DNA from: an uncultured Acidobacteriaceae bacterium
Lineage (GTDB): Bacteria; Acidobacteriota; Terriglobia; Terriglobales; Acidobacteriaceae
Reading direction: 5' to 3'
DNA length: 64,000 nucleotides
Assembly: GCA_963807145.1 (NCBI GenBank)
Contig: CAWEBA010000025.1
Coordinates: forward strand, 39,922-103,921
The position numbers and the translations under genes were made by a program. Below, one piece after another: positions 1 to 9,340 of the stretch (its first letter is position 1; each line of letters starts with the position of its first letter). Below the pieces are notes generated by a model. It did no database searches and was not told the origin of the DNA. It was given only the letters and a program-made list of their open reading frames with translations.

Positions 1-1796
1 TCTCTTCCGATGCCATTGTCGGTGGCGTGCTCGGTTACTTCATCGCACAACAGGTCTACCGGCGTCATCGCGACCCTGAGGTCAGCACAGCTTCCTGGGG
101 AAATTTAATCGAGACCAATCCCCCAGAACACGATAAAGTGCGCAGCCCGCGCTACATGGGATCGCCCTATGTCGCGCTCGACAGCTGGGTGTACCCCGCT
201 CTCGAGCGTCTGGCGGCTCTCGGTTACCTGCCAACCGCTTATCTGGGAATTCGTCCCTGGACGCGCATGGAATGCGCCCGGCTGCTAGAGGAGGTTGACG
301 ATGCGATGCGCTATCAGACGGGGAATGCGGAAGGCGAGGCGCAAGGTCGAGCAGGAGGCGAAGCTGAAGCGGAGAAGATCTACGCTGCCCTGCAGACCGA
401 GTTCAGCGACGAGACGCGCCGGCTGAACGGCGCGGTCAACCTTGGCCTAGGCGTGGATTCGGTGTACACCCGCTTTACCGCCATTGCCGGAACCCCGCTA
501 CGCGATGGCTACCACTTCGCGCAGACCATCGTCAACGATTACGGGCGGCCGTATGCCGAAGGTGCGAACGACGTAACCGGGTTGAGTGCGAGCGCGGTGG
601 CCGGACCGCTTTCGTTTTCTTTCCAGGGAGAGTATCAGCATGCTCCCGGCGTGATCTCCGATCCGCCGAGCGTCCTCGAGGCCATCGCAGCGGAAGACGG
701 CGTCGTAACTCCTCTTCCCGACGGTTCTCCCACGATCGACCGGTTCCGTCTGATCGAGGGCTCCATCGGACTGACTTTGAATAACGTCAAGCTTTCGTTT
801 GGCAAGCAAAACCTGTGGCTGGGCCCGGGCGAGAGTGGAGCCTTGCTGATGACCAATAACGCCCAGCCCGTCACCATGCTTGAGGTGGACAACGTGTCTC
901 CCTTCGAGATTCCGCTTCTTTCCCAACTCCTGGGGCCAGTACGGATGATTTCCTTCCTGGGGCAACTGGCCGGGCAAAACTGGGTGTACAACCCTCCGCC
1001 GGCAGCGGGATTGAATCCCGCGGTCGATCCGGCTTTTCTCGTGGGACCGAATTTCAGTCCGCAGCCCTTCATCCACGGCAACAAGATCAGTTTCCGTCCG
1101 ACGGCGAACCTGGAGTTTGGCATGGGCGTGACCGCAATTTTCGGCGGCCCGGGACTGCCTTTCACCTGGCATGAATTTCTCAGAAGCTATTACGGGCACA
1201 ATGCCAATATAGCGAGCAATCCGGCCAAACGATTCTCCAGCTTCGATCTCACCTATCGCGTTCCCGGGCTCAGAAACTGGCTCACCATCTACACCGACTC
1301 AATCGTCGGAGATGAAGTTTCGCCTCTCGGCTCGACCCGGCCCATGCTGAATCCCGGAGTCTACCTTCCCCAGTTCCCCAAATTGCCCAAGCTCGAACTG
1401 CGCGTGGAGGGATTCAAGGCCGAGCCGCGCCTGGGGACGATGTATATTGACCGGCGCTATCACTCCGGCTACACCAACGACGGAAATCTGATGGGAAGCT
1501 GGATCGGGCGCCAGGCTCTCGGCGGCCAGGCATGGATCAAGTATTCATTCACTGCCCGGACCAGTTTCGAAATCGGCTACCGGCATCAGGAAGTCGATCA
1601 CTACCTTGCTGGCGGTGGACGCCTGAACGACTTTTCAGCGCGGGCGGAGTGCCGGCTCGGTCCGGGAATCGCGCTTTCCGCGCGCGCCCAATCCGAGCGG
1701 TGGAATTTCCCCGCGCTCCGGCCCCGCTCGGAATCCGATTTCTCGGGCTCGGTCGGGCTGACGTTTCGTCCCGGATTGCGCTGGCGGAAGAACTAG
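1..1796 (+). CDS. wzi: Wzi-family capsule-assembly outer-membrane protein (5' end may lie outside the window)
   Basis: The reading frame is open from nt 3 to the listed ATG at 27, so the start is uncertain. The motif YPALERLAALGYLPTAYLGIRPWTRMECARLL resembles the N-terminal region of Wzi-family proteins. The C-terminal half is rich in alternating aromatic/Gly beta-strand-like segments. The gene lies directly upstream of Wzz- and Wzx-like genes. Confidence 0.55.
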   Translation, partial: SSDAIVGGVLGYFIAQQVYRRHRDPEVSTASWGNLIETNPPEHDKVRSPRYMGSPYVALDSWVYPALERLAALGYLPTAYLGIRPWTRMECARLLEEVDDAMRYQTGNAEGEAQGRAGGEAEAEKIYAALQTEFSDETRRLNGAVNLGLGVDSVYTRFTAIAGTPLRDGYHFAQTIVNDYGRPYAEGANDVTGLSASAVAGPLSFSFQGEYQHAPGVISDPPSVLEAIAAEDGVVTPLPDGSPTIDRFRLIEGSIGLTLNNVKLSFGKQNLWLGPGESGALLMTNNAQPVTMLEVDNVSPFEIPLLSQLLGPVRMISFLGQLAGQNWVYNPPPAAGLNPAVDPAFLVGPNFSPQPFIHGNKISFRPTANLEFGMGVTAIFGGPGLPFTWHEFLRSYYGHNANIASNPAKRFSSFDLTYRVPGLRNWLTIYTDSIVGDEVSPLGSTRPMLNPGVYLPQFPKLPKLELRVEGFKAEPRLGTMYIDRRYHSGYTNDGNLMGSWIGRQALGGQAWIKYSFTARTSFEIGYRHQEVDHYLAGGGRLNDFSARAECRLGPGIALSARAQSERWNFPALRPRSESDFSGSVGLTFRPGLRWRKN

Positions 1797-1798
1797 AT

Positions 1799-3253
1799 TT
1801 GGCTAGCACCTACAACCGAGCGCCCCCATCGCCCGCGAAGGCACGTCCGGATTTTTCACCGGAGCCGGCGTTCCGGGGACAGGGACCGCCCGGGCCCAGA
1901 GGAGGCGATCCATCGGCCAGGCTGATTGGGTACCTGACCCTGCTCTGGGGAAAACGCCGTGCGCTTCGCCGCGCAACCCTCGCCGGCCTGCTGCTCGCGA
2001 CCTTGCTGGCTTTTGTGCTGCCTAAACAGTATCAGTCGACGGTGCAGCTGATGCCTCCCGACACCCAGTCGAGTTCCTCAGCCATGCTCGCGGCTCTGTC
2101 GGCCAAAGCGGGCAGCGGCCTCGGCGCCATGGCAGGGGATCTGCTGGGTGGAAATTCCACGGGCGCTCTCTTTCTCGGTATCCTGCGCAGCCGCACCCTC
2201 GAAGACCGGCTGGTCGAGCGCTTTCAGTTGAAACAGGTATATGGAGTGAAACTCGAGGAAGACGCCCGGAGCCGGCTGTCGAATAACACAGGCATCTCCG
2301 AAGATCACAAGAGTGGCATCATTTCCCTCAGCGTGGTCGATCACGATCCCGCTCGTGCCCCGGCCATCGCCGAGGCCTATGCGGAGGAACTGGAGCGCCT
2401 GGTTTCCGAACTCTCCACTTCCGCCGCTCATCGCGAGCGAGTGTTCCTTGAAGACCGGCTCAAGGTGGTCAAGGGCGAACTCGATCAGGCTTCCGGAGAC
2501 TTCAGCCGGTTTGCCAGCCAGAATGCGGCGATCAACATTCCGGAACAGGCGAAAGCGATGGTCGCGGCCGAGGCAGCCCTCGAAGGGCAGCTGATCGCCG
2601 CCGAATCCGAGTTGAAGGGACTCGAACAGATCTATACCCCGAACAATGTGCGCGTGCGGTCGGTGGAGGCCCGCGTCTCCGAGCTGCGCCACCAAATGGA
2701 AAAGCTTGACGGAGATTCCGATCCGGCCAGTCCTGGCGCCTCGCAGAGTGGCCGTTCCGCCTACCCCACGATCCGCGAATTGCCGCTGCTCGGAGTTCCC
2801 TACGCTGATCTGCTGCGCCGAACCAAAATCGAGGAAGCCGTGTATGAAACCCTGACCCAGCAGTACGAGCTGGCTAAAGTGCAGGAGGCCAAGGAAACCC
2901 CCAGCGTAAAAGTTCTGGACGCGGCCAGCCTGCCTGAAAGAAAAGTGTTTCCTCCGCGCCTGCTGATCGTGGTTTGGGGCGCGATGCTCGGACTCGCCGC
3001 CTCTGTTCTGTGGGTGTTTGCCGGGACTCGCTGGCGGGAAATGGATTCCTCAAATCCCGGGAAAGTGCTGGCCCAGGAGGTTTTTCAATCGGTGAACCGC
3101 GTCATGCCCTGGTCGCCGGTGAATGGGTCGGTGAATGGATCGACGAATGGATCGAGGGTGCACGCTCTGACTCACCGGATGTGGTCACGCTGGGCGGAGC
3201 GCAGCCGTCCTGCTGATATCCGGCAGTCCGAAATTCATGATCGCAGTGGATGA
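1799..3253 (+). CDS. Polysaccharide co-polymerase / chain-length determinant (Wzz/GumC-like, no kinase domain)
   Basis: N-terminal TM plus Wzz motif (LAGLLLATLLAFVLPKQYQSTVQLMPPD), a long coiled-coil middle and a second TM (LLIVVWGAMLGLAASVLWVF) give PCP topology. There is no ATG between the wzi stop and the first TM, so in-frame TTG 1799 is proposed. The start is uncertain. Confidence 0.7.
   Translation: MASTYNRAPPSPAKARPDFSPEPAFRGQGPPGPRGGDPSARLIGYLTLLWGKRRALRRATLAGLLLATLLAFVLPKQYQSTVQLMPPDTQSSSSAMLAALSAKAGSGLGAMAGDLLGGNSTGALFLGILRSRTLEDRLVERFQLKQVYGVKLEEDARSRLSNNTGISEDHKSGIISLSVVDHDPARAPAIAEAYAEELERLVSELSTSAAHRERVFLEDRLKVVKGELDQASGDFSRFASQNAAINIPEQAKAMVAAEAALEGQLIAAESELKGLEQIYTPNNVRVRSVEARVSELRHQMEKLDGDSDPASPGASQSGRSAYPTIRELPLLGVPYADLLRRTKIEEAVYETLTQQYELAKVQEAKETPSVKVLDAASLPERKVFPPRLLIVVWGAMLGLAASVLWVFAGTRWREMDSSNPGKVLAQEVFQSVNRVMPWSPVNGSVNGSTNGSRVHALTHRMWSRWAERSRPADIRQSEIHDRSG
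3119..3154 (+). repeat. Imperfect 12-bp x3 tandem repeat encoding (V/T)NGS x3 in the C-terminal tail of the Wzz-like protein
   Basis: The units gtgaatgggtcg / gtgaatggatcg / acgaatggatcg are read directly and are in frame (VNGSVNGSTNGS). Confidence 0.8.
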
Positions 3254-3380
3254 ACCCGGCCAGACGCCGCGCTCCGCCTCGTTCGCCGGCGCAGCTCGAG
3301 TCGGAGGATGGCTTGCTTCCCCGAGAGTTGTCGGGTTCGCCCGGCCGCGCCTCCACCCATTGCGCCAGGTCGCCTTCAGC

Positions 3381-4622
3381 ATGGCCGATCAGGCGCTTTC
3401 GGTGGGTGCCATGTTTCTGGTCAACCTGGTGCTGGCCCGGACCGAGACGCGCGAAGAGTACGGAATGTTTGCTTTGTCCTATTCTGTACTCATTTTCTTC
3501 ATGGGCTTGCACAATGCCGCGATTCTCGAGCCCTTCACGGTCTACGGCTCTGGCCGCCATCGCAGCCGTCTCGCGGAATATTTTCAGCTGATGTGCTGGA
3601 GCAACGCCGCGCTGGGCCTGCTGCTGACCGCGGGTCTTCTGACTTCATGTCTAACCTTGCACTGGATTGCGCCTCATCTCCTGCCCCGGGCGATCGTGGG
3701 TCTGGGTCTCAGCGTCAGCGTTCTTCTGTCCGGGGCGCTGCTGCGCCGCTTCTTCTATCTGCAACGCAAGCCTGGCCTGGCAGCGGCGGCATCCGTCATC
3801 TTTTTCCTTACCGTCGCTTGCGGACTGTGGCTCACGTCCCGGGCCCATGTCCTCGGAAGCCTGTCAGTTTTTCTGGTGCTCGCGGCGGGCTGGCTTGCCG
3901 CCGGTCTCAGCCTTGCCGGAAAGTTGCCGCTCGGCAAGAATCGGCCCACCTTCCTTGAACAGGAGCCGGACTACTGGCGCGAACACTGGAAGTACGCGCG
4001 CTGGGTGCTGGTGACGGCCTTCGTCTTTCAATTGACCACCCAGGGATACTACTGGCTGGTAGCGGGGCTGCTGTCGGTAAGGGACGTGGCAGAACTGAAA
4101 GCCGTATCCCTGGTGGTCGCACCCGCGGATCAGATCTTTATCGCATTGAACTACCTCGTTCTGCCGCTGCTCTCGGCGCACTACGCGGCCAGAAAGATTG
4201 GACACCTGTTGTCCGCGTGGAAATGGTATGCGATCGCGATCGCCGCAGCGACTGTGTCCTTTTTCGTATTCATCCGTGCATTTGGAAAACCTCTGATCCA
4301 CCTGCTTTATGGTGGGCGATATGACGATATGGCTCCGCTGCTGACCATACTGGTGCTGGTGCCGGCGGTCATGGGAGTCGGGCACACCATGAATGCGGCG
4401 CTGAAAGCCGCCGAGTCGCCCAAGCTGGTTTTCTGGGCCTACGTTGCAAGCGGAGCGGTCACCTTCGTTGCCGGCGTTCCGCTGGTCGCGAGATTCGGTT
4501 TGCGGGGAGCTGCGTACGGCATGCTCCTCTCCGGCGCCAGCTATACCGCCGCCTTGACCGTAGGATTTGTGATGACCTTCCGAAGAGAGCTGCGTCAGCC
4601 GGTTGTTGTAGCCGCCAGCTAG
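3381..4622 (+). CDS. Wzx-like oligosaccharide flippase (MOP/polysaccharide biosynthesis protein family)
   Basis: About 12 predicted TM helices. The N-terminus MADQALSVGAMFLVNLVLAR is typical of flippase-family starts. ATG 3381 is preferred over 3237, whose extension overlaps the Wzz gene. Position in the cluster fits. Confidence 0.6.
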   Translation: MADQALSVGAMFLVNLVLARTETREEYGMFALSYSVLIFFMGLHNAAILEPFTVYGSGRHRSRLAEYFQLMCWSNAALGLLLTAGLLTSCLTLHWIAPHLLPRAIVGLGLSVSVLLSGALLRRFFYLQRKPGLAAAASVIFFLTVACGLWLTSRAHVLGSLSVFLVLAAGWLAAGLSLAGKLPLGKNRPTFLEQEPDYWREHWKYARWVLVTAFVFQLTTQGYYWLVAGLLSVRDVAELKAVSLVVAPADQIFIALNYLVLPLLSAHYAARKIGHLLSAWKWYAIAIAAATVSFFVFIRAFGKPLIHLLYGGRYDDMAPLLTILVLVPAVMGVGHTMNAALKAAESPKLVFWAYVASGAVTFVAGVPLVARFGLRGAAYGMLLSGASYTAALTVGFVMTFRRELRQPVVVAAS

Positions 4623-4664
4623 AGTCACTAGCGCCGCTCTTCTTGAGAGATTGCCTGAGCGAGA

Positions 4665-4704
4665 AAAGAATAGGAATGATCAAGAAAGAATAGGAATGAT
4701 CAAG
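4665..4704 (+). repeat. Perfect 20-bp tandem duplication (aaagaataggaatgatcaag x2) spanning the translation start region of the next gene
   Basis: Position-by-position comparison shows 4665-4684 equals 4685-4704. Each copy carries an ATG (4676 and 4696). Confidence 0.9.
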
Positions 4705-5661
4705 ACCAGAATAAAATCCGCCTGCCAGAAGCTGCGTCGAAGAGTGGATCAGGAGCGCGAGACCGCACTCCTGCTGCTCGGCAAGCAGATGGCCTGGCAG
4801 GTGGCAGCCTTGCCGCCCAACACCGATTTCCGCCGGCTCGGATTCAAAGTCTTTTCGCAATGGGACGAGGACGGAATCATTCAGTACCTGATCAGCCACG
4901 TCCCCATCGAGAACCAGACCTTCATCGAATTCGGAGTGGAGAACTACGAGGAAAGCAATACCCGGTTCCTGCTGCTCAACAACCACTGGCGGGGCATGGT
5001 GCTTGATGCCTCCGCCAGAGACATCGAATACATCCGGCGCGACCGGATCCACTGGCAATACGACCTGCAAGTCAAAGCGGCGTGGATCACCCGGGAGAAC
5101 ATTGACTCACTGATTGCCCAGGCGGGGTTTGGCGAGGACCTCGGCCTGCTTTCGATTGATCTGAACGGCAACGACTACTGGATATGGGAAGCCATCGAGC
5201 GGGCGCGCCCGAGAATCGCGATCGTCGAGTACAACAGCCTGCTCGGACTCGCGCCGATTGCCGTGCCCTACCAAGACGATTTCGACCGAACCGCGGCTCA
5301 TTCTTCGAATTTGTATTACGGCAGTTCGCTCGCGGCGCTCGACCGGCTGGCTCGAAGCAAAGGCTACATGCTTGTGGGCTCGAACATCTGGGGTCACAAC
5401 GCTTTCTTCGTAAGGTCTGACGTCGCTGGCGAACTTCGCGGCCTCGAACCTGAGCAAGCATATGTGGCGAGCAAATTCCGGGAAGCCCGCGATGAAGCCG
5501 GGAAGCTGACCTACGTCCGGGGAGAAGACCGCTTCCGGCTGATCGAACATCTGCCGGTGATCAATGTAGCTACCGGGGAGCATGGCCGGCTGCGCGACCT
5601 GGCTGGCCAGGGCGATCCGACTCCCTCAGTCTTGGGAATCGTGGCCGGAGTCCATGCTTAA
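4696..5661 (+). CDS. FkbM-like methyltransferase-fold protein (putative)
   Basis: SQWDEDGIIQYL...FIEFGVENYEESNT...LLSIDLNGNDYWIWEAI...IAIVEYN resembles the SQxGEDGII / IDIEG.E pattern of FkbM-type proteins found in glycan clusters. ATG 4696 is chosen; an alternative TTG lies at 4651. Confidence 0.45.
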   Translation: MIKTRIKSACQKLRRRVDQERETALLLLGKQMAWQVAALPPNTDFRRLGFKVFSQWDEDGIIQYLISHVPIENQTFIEFGVENYEESNTRFLLLNNHWRGMVLDASARDIEYIRRDRIHWQYDLQVKAAWITRENIDSLIAQAGFGEDLGLLSIDLNGNDYWIWEAIERARPRIAIVEYNSLLGLAPIAVPYQDDFDRTAAHSSNLYYGSSLAALDRLARSKGYMLVGSNIWGHNAFFVRSDVAGELRGLEPEQAYVASKFREARDEAGKLTYVRGEDRFRLIEHLPVINVATGEHGRLRDLAGQGDPTPSVLGIVAGVHA

Positions 5662-5679
5662 TGCCCATGTTTAACGCCC

Positions 5680-6855
5680 ATGCCTAACGCCACGTCGCGA
5701 GACCAGGCGCAAAGCCCGTTGCCAGCGCAAAATTCCTTGCCCGCGCGAGACTTGATTGTCCAGATCGAACCCTGGGTGGACGATGCCGAGCTTCGCGAAC
5801 TGAAGCGGGTGATCGACTCGACCTTCCTGGTGGAACACGACTTGACGCGGGAATTCGAAGCGATGACCGCCGGGCTGGCCGGGTCGAAGCATGCCATGGC
5901 AGTGTGCAACGGCAGCATGGCCTTGTTCGTATGTCTCAAGGCTCTCGGTATCGGTCCGGGCGATGAAGTGATCGTGCCGAACCTCACTTTCGTTGCTACC
6001 GCCAATGCTGTGATCCTTGCCGGAGCAACGCCCGTGTTGTGCGAAGTTTGCGAAGACACGTTTTGCCTGGACCTGGAACGTGCGGAAAAGCTGATCACCC
6101 GCAAAACCCGTGCCCTGCTGCCAGTACATCTCTACGGGCAAAGCGCGGACATGGGCCAAGTCATGGCCCTGGCTCGCCGCCACAACCTCAAAGTGATCGA
6201 AGATGCCGCGGAGGGAATCGGCGTCACCTTTGAAGGCCGCCATGTGGGCAGTTTTGGCGACATGGGCATTCTCTCCTACTACGGCAACAAGACCATCACC
6301 TGCGGCGAGGGTGGGATGGTGCTCACCGAGGATGACGAACTGGCGAAAGTTGCTTATCGCCTCAAGAACTACGGCCGCAACCAGAAGGGAACCTTCGTCC
6401 ACGAATCCATCGGCTTCAATTTCTCCTTCACCGACTTGCAGGCCGCGATCGGCATCGCCCAGATGAAGAAATTGCCTGCCATCGTCCACCGCAAGCGCGA
6501 GATCCATGATCGCTATGTCGAGCAGTTGCACTCGCTCGCCGGCCTGCGACCGGTGTTCATCGATCCCCGTTGCCAGCCGGTGTTCTGGTTCACTTCATTT
6601 CTGTGTGACGCCCCGGAAGCGCTCTCTGCGTCTTTGCGCCGCCACAACATTCAGACCCGCCACTTTTTCTGCCCGCTGCACCTGCAACCCTGTTATGCCG
6701 ATCGCAAGCACGTGCAGATTATCGATCCCGATTTTCGAATAAGTGAGCGGATCTACCGGCAGGGCATCTCGCTGCCGTCCTCTTACTCGCTGACCGCGGA
6801 GCAGCAGGCTTTCGTGATCGAGAAGATTCAGCGCTTCTATGCGGATCGGAATTGA
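5680..6855 (+). CDS. DegT/DnrJ/EryC1-family PLP sugar aminotransferase (GDP-perosamine-synthase-like)
   Basis: CNGSMALFVCLKALGIGPGDEVIVPNLTFVATANAV, LLPVHLYGQSADM, VIEDAAEGIG and the Lys motif YYGNKTITCGEGGMV followed by RLKNYG. As I recall them, the last two resemble Per/RfbE-type enzymes. Confidence 0.85.
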   Translation: MPNATSRDQAQSPLPAQNSLPARDLIVQIEPWVDDAELRELKRVIDSTFLVEHDLTREFEAMTAGLAGSKHAMAVCNGSMALFVCLKALGIGPGDEVIVPNLTFVATANAVILAGATPVLCEVCEDTFCLDLERAEKLITRKTRALLPVHLYGQSADMGQVMALARRHNLKVIEDAAEGIGVTFEGRHVGSFGDMGILSYYGNKTITCGEGGMVLTEDDELAKVAYRLKNYGRNQKGTFVHESIGFNFSFTDLQAAIGIAQMKKLPAIVHRKREIHDRYVEQLHSLAGLRPVFIDPRCQPVFWFTSFLCDAPEALSASLRRHNIQTRHFFCPLHLQPCYADRKHVQIIDPDFRISERIYRQGISLPSSYSLTAEQQAFVIEKIQRFYADRN

Positions 6856-8068
6856 ATGCCTGCGGGCCGATCCCGGCTATGTCGGAGGTCTGAACACCTA
6901 CATCCTCGGCTTGCTCGATGGCCTGGCGGCAGCTGGGAGCGGCCACTGTTTCCAGCTTTACGTAACCGACGGCAATCGAAAGTTGTTCGCCAGATATGAA
7001 GGTGTAGAAAACTTTGAACTGGTGGTACTCGACGGGGCGTCTTTTCGCGTACGTCAAAAAGTGTGCCGCGCGGCTTTGCTCGCGCCCGGGGAGGATTTGT
7101 ACCGGCAAATGAGCGCGCGACTCTTCGAACCTCAGCGCGAGATCATGGACGCGGGCTCCGACCTGATCTACAACCCGACCGTCAGCCTGCTCTGTTTCGA
7201 CCACCAGAAACCAACTTTGCTCTCCATGCACGACATCCAGCATCTGCACTACCCTGAGTTTTTCAGCTGGCCCCGGCGGCGCAGCCGGAAGGCTACTTGC
7301 AGCCTGAGCGCGGCCTGTGCCAGCCACTTTCAAGCCAGCAGCGAATTTATCAGGCGCGATATGCTGGCTCATTTCCCCGGCATTTTGCCCGAGCAGATTA
7401 CGGTGATTCCCGAAGGCGTCAACCTCGAGGATTTTTCCACGCCGCGCAGCGTTGCGGCACTTGAGCGCTACAAGCTGGCGCCACGTTTCCTGTTCTTTCC
7501 CGCCCAGCTCTGGCCGCACAAAAACCATTTGACCGTGCTCGAAGCTCTGCACCGCCTCGAGCAATGCCATGGCGTGAGGATCCCTTTGGTGATGACCGGC
7601 GCGCGTTATTCCGCTGCGCCTGCGATATTTCGGTTCCTGCGCGCGCATCGGATGAATTACGTCCGCTACCTGGGCACTGTGCCCTTCGAGGACCTGGTAG
7701 CCCTGTATCAGCGGGCAGCACTCGTGCTCTCGCCCAGCCTCTACGAATCGAACAGTCTGCCGATACTTGAAGCCGCGGCCGCAGGCACGGCGGTAATCGC
7801 CTCCAAAATTCCGCCGAACCAGGAACTCTCCGATTCGCTGCGGCTGAACCTGTTCGAACCGCTCGATCCCCGGGAGTTGGCCGCACTCATTTTCGAACTC
7901 TGGCGGAACGAAGGAGTTTACCGGGAGCAGGCGGTCTGCAACCGCAGTCAGGTTGCGCGCTTCACCTGGGAAAACGCCGCCCGGCAATACTTGAGCTTGA
8001 TGGAGAAGATGGGAAATGCATTTCGTCCCACCGACCAGTTCCAGACCGCCGCAGTCCTGGTCCAGTAA
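6839..8068 (+). CDS. Glycosyltransferase family 4 (GT-B, group 1)
   Basis: The C-terminal GT1 signature YLGTVPFEDLVALYQRAALVLSPSLYESNSLPILEAAAAGTAVIAS. The start overlaps the previous gene by 17 nt, which suggests translational coupling. Confidence 0.8.
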   Translation: MRIGIECLRADPGYVGGLNTYILGLLDGLAAAGSGHCFQLYVTDGNRKLFARYEGVENFELVVLDGASFRVRQKVCRAALLAPGEDLYRQMSARLFEPQREIMDAGSDLIYNPTVSLLCFDHQKPTLLSMHDIQHLHYPEFFSWPRRRSRKATCSLSAACASHFQASSEFIRRDMLAHFPGILPEQITVIPEGVNLEDFSTPRSVAALERYKLAPRFLFFPAQLWPHKNHLTVLEALHRLEQCHGVRIPLVMTGARYSAAPAIFRFLRAHRMNYVRYLGTVPFEDLVALYQRAALVLSPSLYESNSLPILEAAAAGTAVIASKIPPNQELSDSLRLNLFEPLDPRELAALIFELWRNEGVYREQAVCNRSQVARFTWENAARQYLSLMEKMGNAFRPTDQFQTAAVLVQ

Positions 8069-8107
8069 TGGTGCGCCCCAAGCTCTTATGCAGAACTCTC
8101 ATAAAGG

Positions 8108-9295
8108 TTGATCGAAGTGAAAAGATTAGGGGTCATCCAGCCGCATCTCACCAATGCCAGCCGGGAGATGTTTCTCGAACTGACCGAGCGCTGCCCGCTC
8201 GATCTGGTCGTCTCGCCGGCGCCGGCGGGCATGGGTTTTGGGGTGCCTCCTATTCCAGACGGACCTCGGATACGCGTATTTTCCGGCCCCACGTTCAGGC
8301 CTCTGGGCAAGTGCCTGGGATGGATCCAGTGGAGCGTGGTGAAATACATCTTCCATCTGCGCGAGCGTCCGGGGGCGCTGTTCCTCAACGCCAATCCCCG
8401 CTACCTCACCTTCTGGGTTGCTCTTCTGTGGGCCCGTGCGCAGGGCATACCCGCCTATGTTCATGGCCATGGGTTCTACCGTCGCAGCCGCATCGGTGTC
8501 GCCTACCGGCTGATGATGATGGCCATGTTGAAACTGGTGACTGCCTATATCTGCTATGCCCCGATCGTCCGGCAGGCGTTTCTCGATAACGGATTTCCCC
8601 GGCGAAAACTGGTCGTGGCTCACAACTCGCTCATCAACCGTTTCCCGGTTCCGCCCGAAGAGAAGACGGGAACGGAGCCGGGCATCCTGTTCGTCGGCCG
8701 TCTGCGGCGGCAAAGCCGTCTGGATCTGCTGATGCGCGTAGTCGAAAGAATCCGCCGAGAAGACGGCTTGCCACTGCTCTTGCATGTGATCGGGGATGGC
8801 GAGGAAGGGGATGCGCTGCGGCGCGAGGCACAGGGCTATCCGTGGGTGGTCTTCCACGGCGGCGTCTACGATGCGCGGCAAATCCGCAAGATCTCGCTCG
8901 ATTGCTTTGCCGGATGTTATCCCGGCAACGCCGGCTTGAGTGTCGTGCATATGATGTCGTTGAGCCTGCCGGTGGTTACCCACGACGATCTGCGGGCGCA
9001 TGGTCCGGAGCCAAGCTTTATCCGGGACGGTGTCAGCGGCTGGTTGTACGACCACGCCGATCCCGAGTCAGCGCTCCACCAGGCAGTGCGGTCGCTCGCC
9101 TCCGATCCGGCAAAAGCGGCCGAGATGCGGCAAAACGCTTTCGCCGACTACCAGAGTCTGGCGCATCCGAGCCTGGCGGAAAGGCTTTGGACGATCATGG
9201 GTGGGAGCGAAAACCCGCGGCCGGCGGCCGTCTCCGCGGAAGTTCTCCCGGTCGAACTCTCTTCACGAACGCGCAGCGAAGCTGGGCATCCTTAG
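8108..9295 (+). CDS. Glycosyltransferase family 4
   Basis: GILFVGRLRRQSRLDLLMRVV...VIGDGEEGDALR...GPEPSFIRDGVSGWLY fits the GT-B C-terminal domain pattern (E-x7-E-like region). Confidence 0.7.
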   Translation: MIEVKRLGVIQPHLTNASREMFLELTERCPLDLVVSPAPAGMGFGVPPIPDGPRIRVFSGPTFRPLGKCLGWIQWSVVKYIFHLRERPGALFLNANPRYLTFWVALLWARAQGIPAYVHGHGFYRRSRIGVAYRLMMMAMLKLVTAYICYAPIVRQAFLDNGFPRRKLVVAHNSLINRFPVPPEEKTGTEPGILFVGRLRRQSRLDLLMRVVERIRREDGLPLLLHVIGDGEEGDALRREAQGYPWVVFHGGVYDARQIRKISLDCFAGCYPGNAGLSVVHMMSLSLPVVTHDDLRAHGPEPSFIRDGVSGWLYDHADPESALHQAVRSLASDPAKAAEMRQNAFADYQSLAHPSLAERLWTIMGGSENPRPAAVSAEVLPVELSSRTRSEAGHP

Positions 9296-9340
9296 CCCGG
9301 ACTGGGAGGCGCTGCCCTGCCTCTGAGTTGCAGTTTTGCT

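Noticed and set aside
1532-1798. N-terminal extension of the Wzz-like ORF from ATG 1532
   Set aside because: It overlaps the 3' end of wzi by 265 nt in another frame. It is Arg/Pro-rich and precedes the real N-terminal TM/Wzz motif. A start just after the wzi stop is more plausible.
3119-3154. N-G-S triplets as bacterial N-glycosylation sequons
   Set aside because: No acidic residue sits at -2 as PglB-type sequons require. The tail follows the last TM and is predicted to be cytoplasmic. No oligosaccharyltransferase gene is seen.
6719-7987. 422-aa minus-strand ORF
   Set aside because: It is antisense to the GT4 gene at 6839-8068, with low-complexity Arg/Gly/Ala-rich content. It is a shadow ORF.
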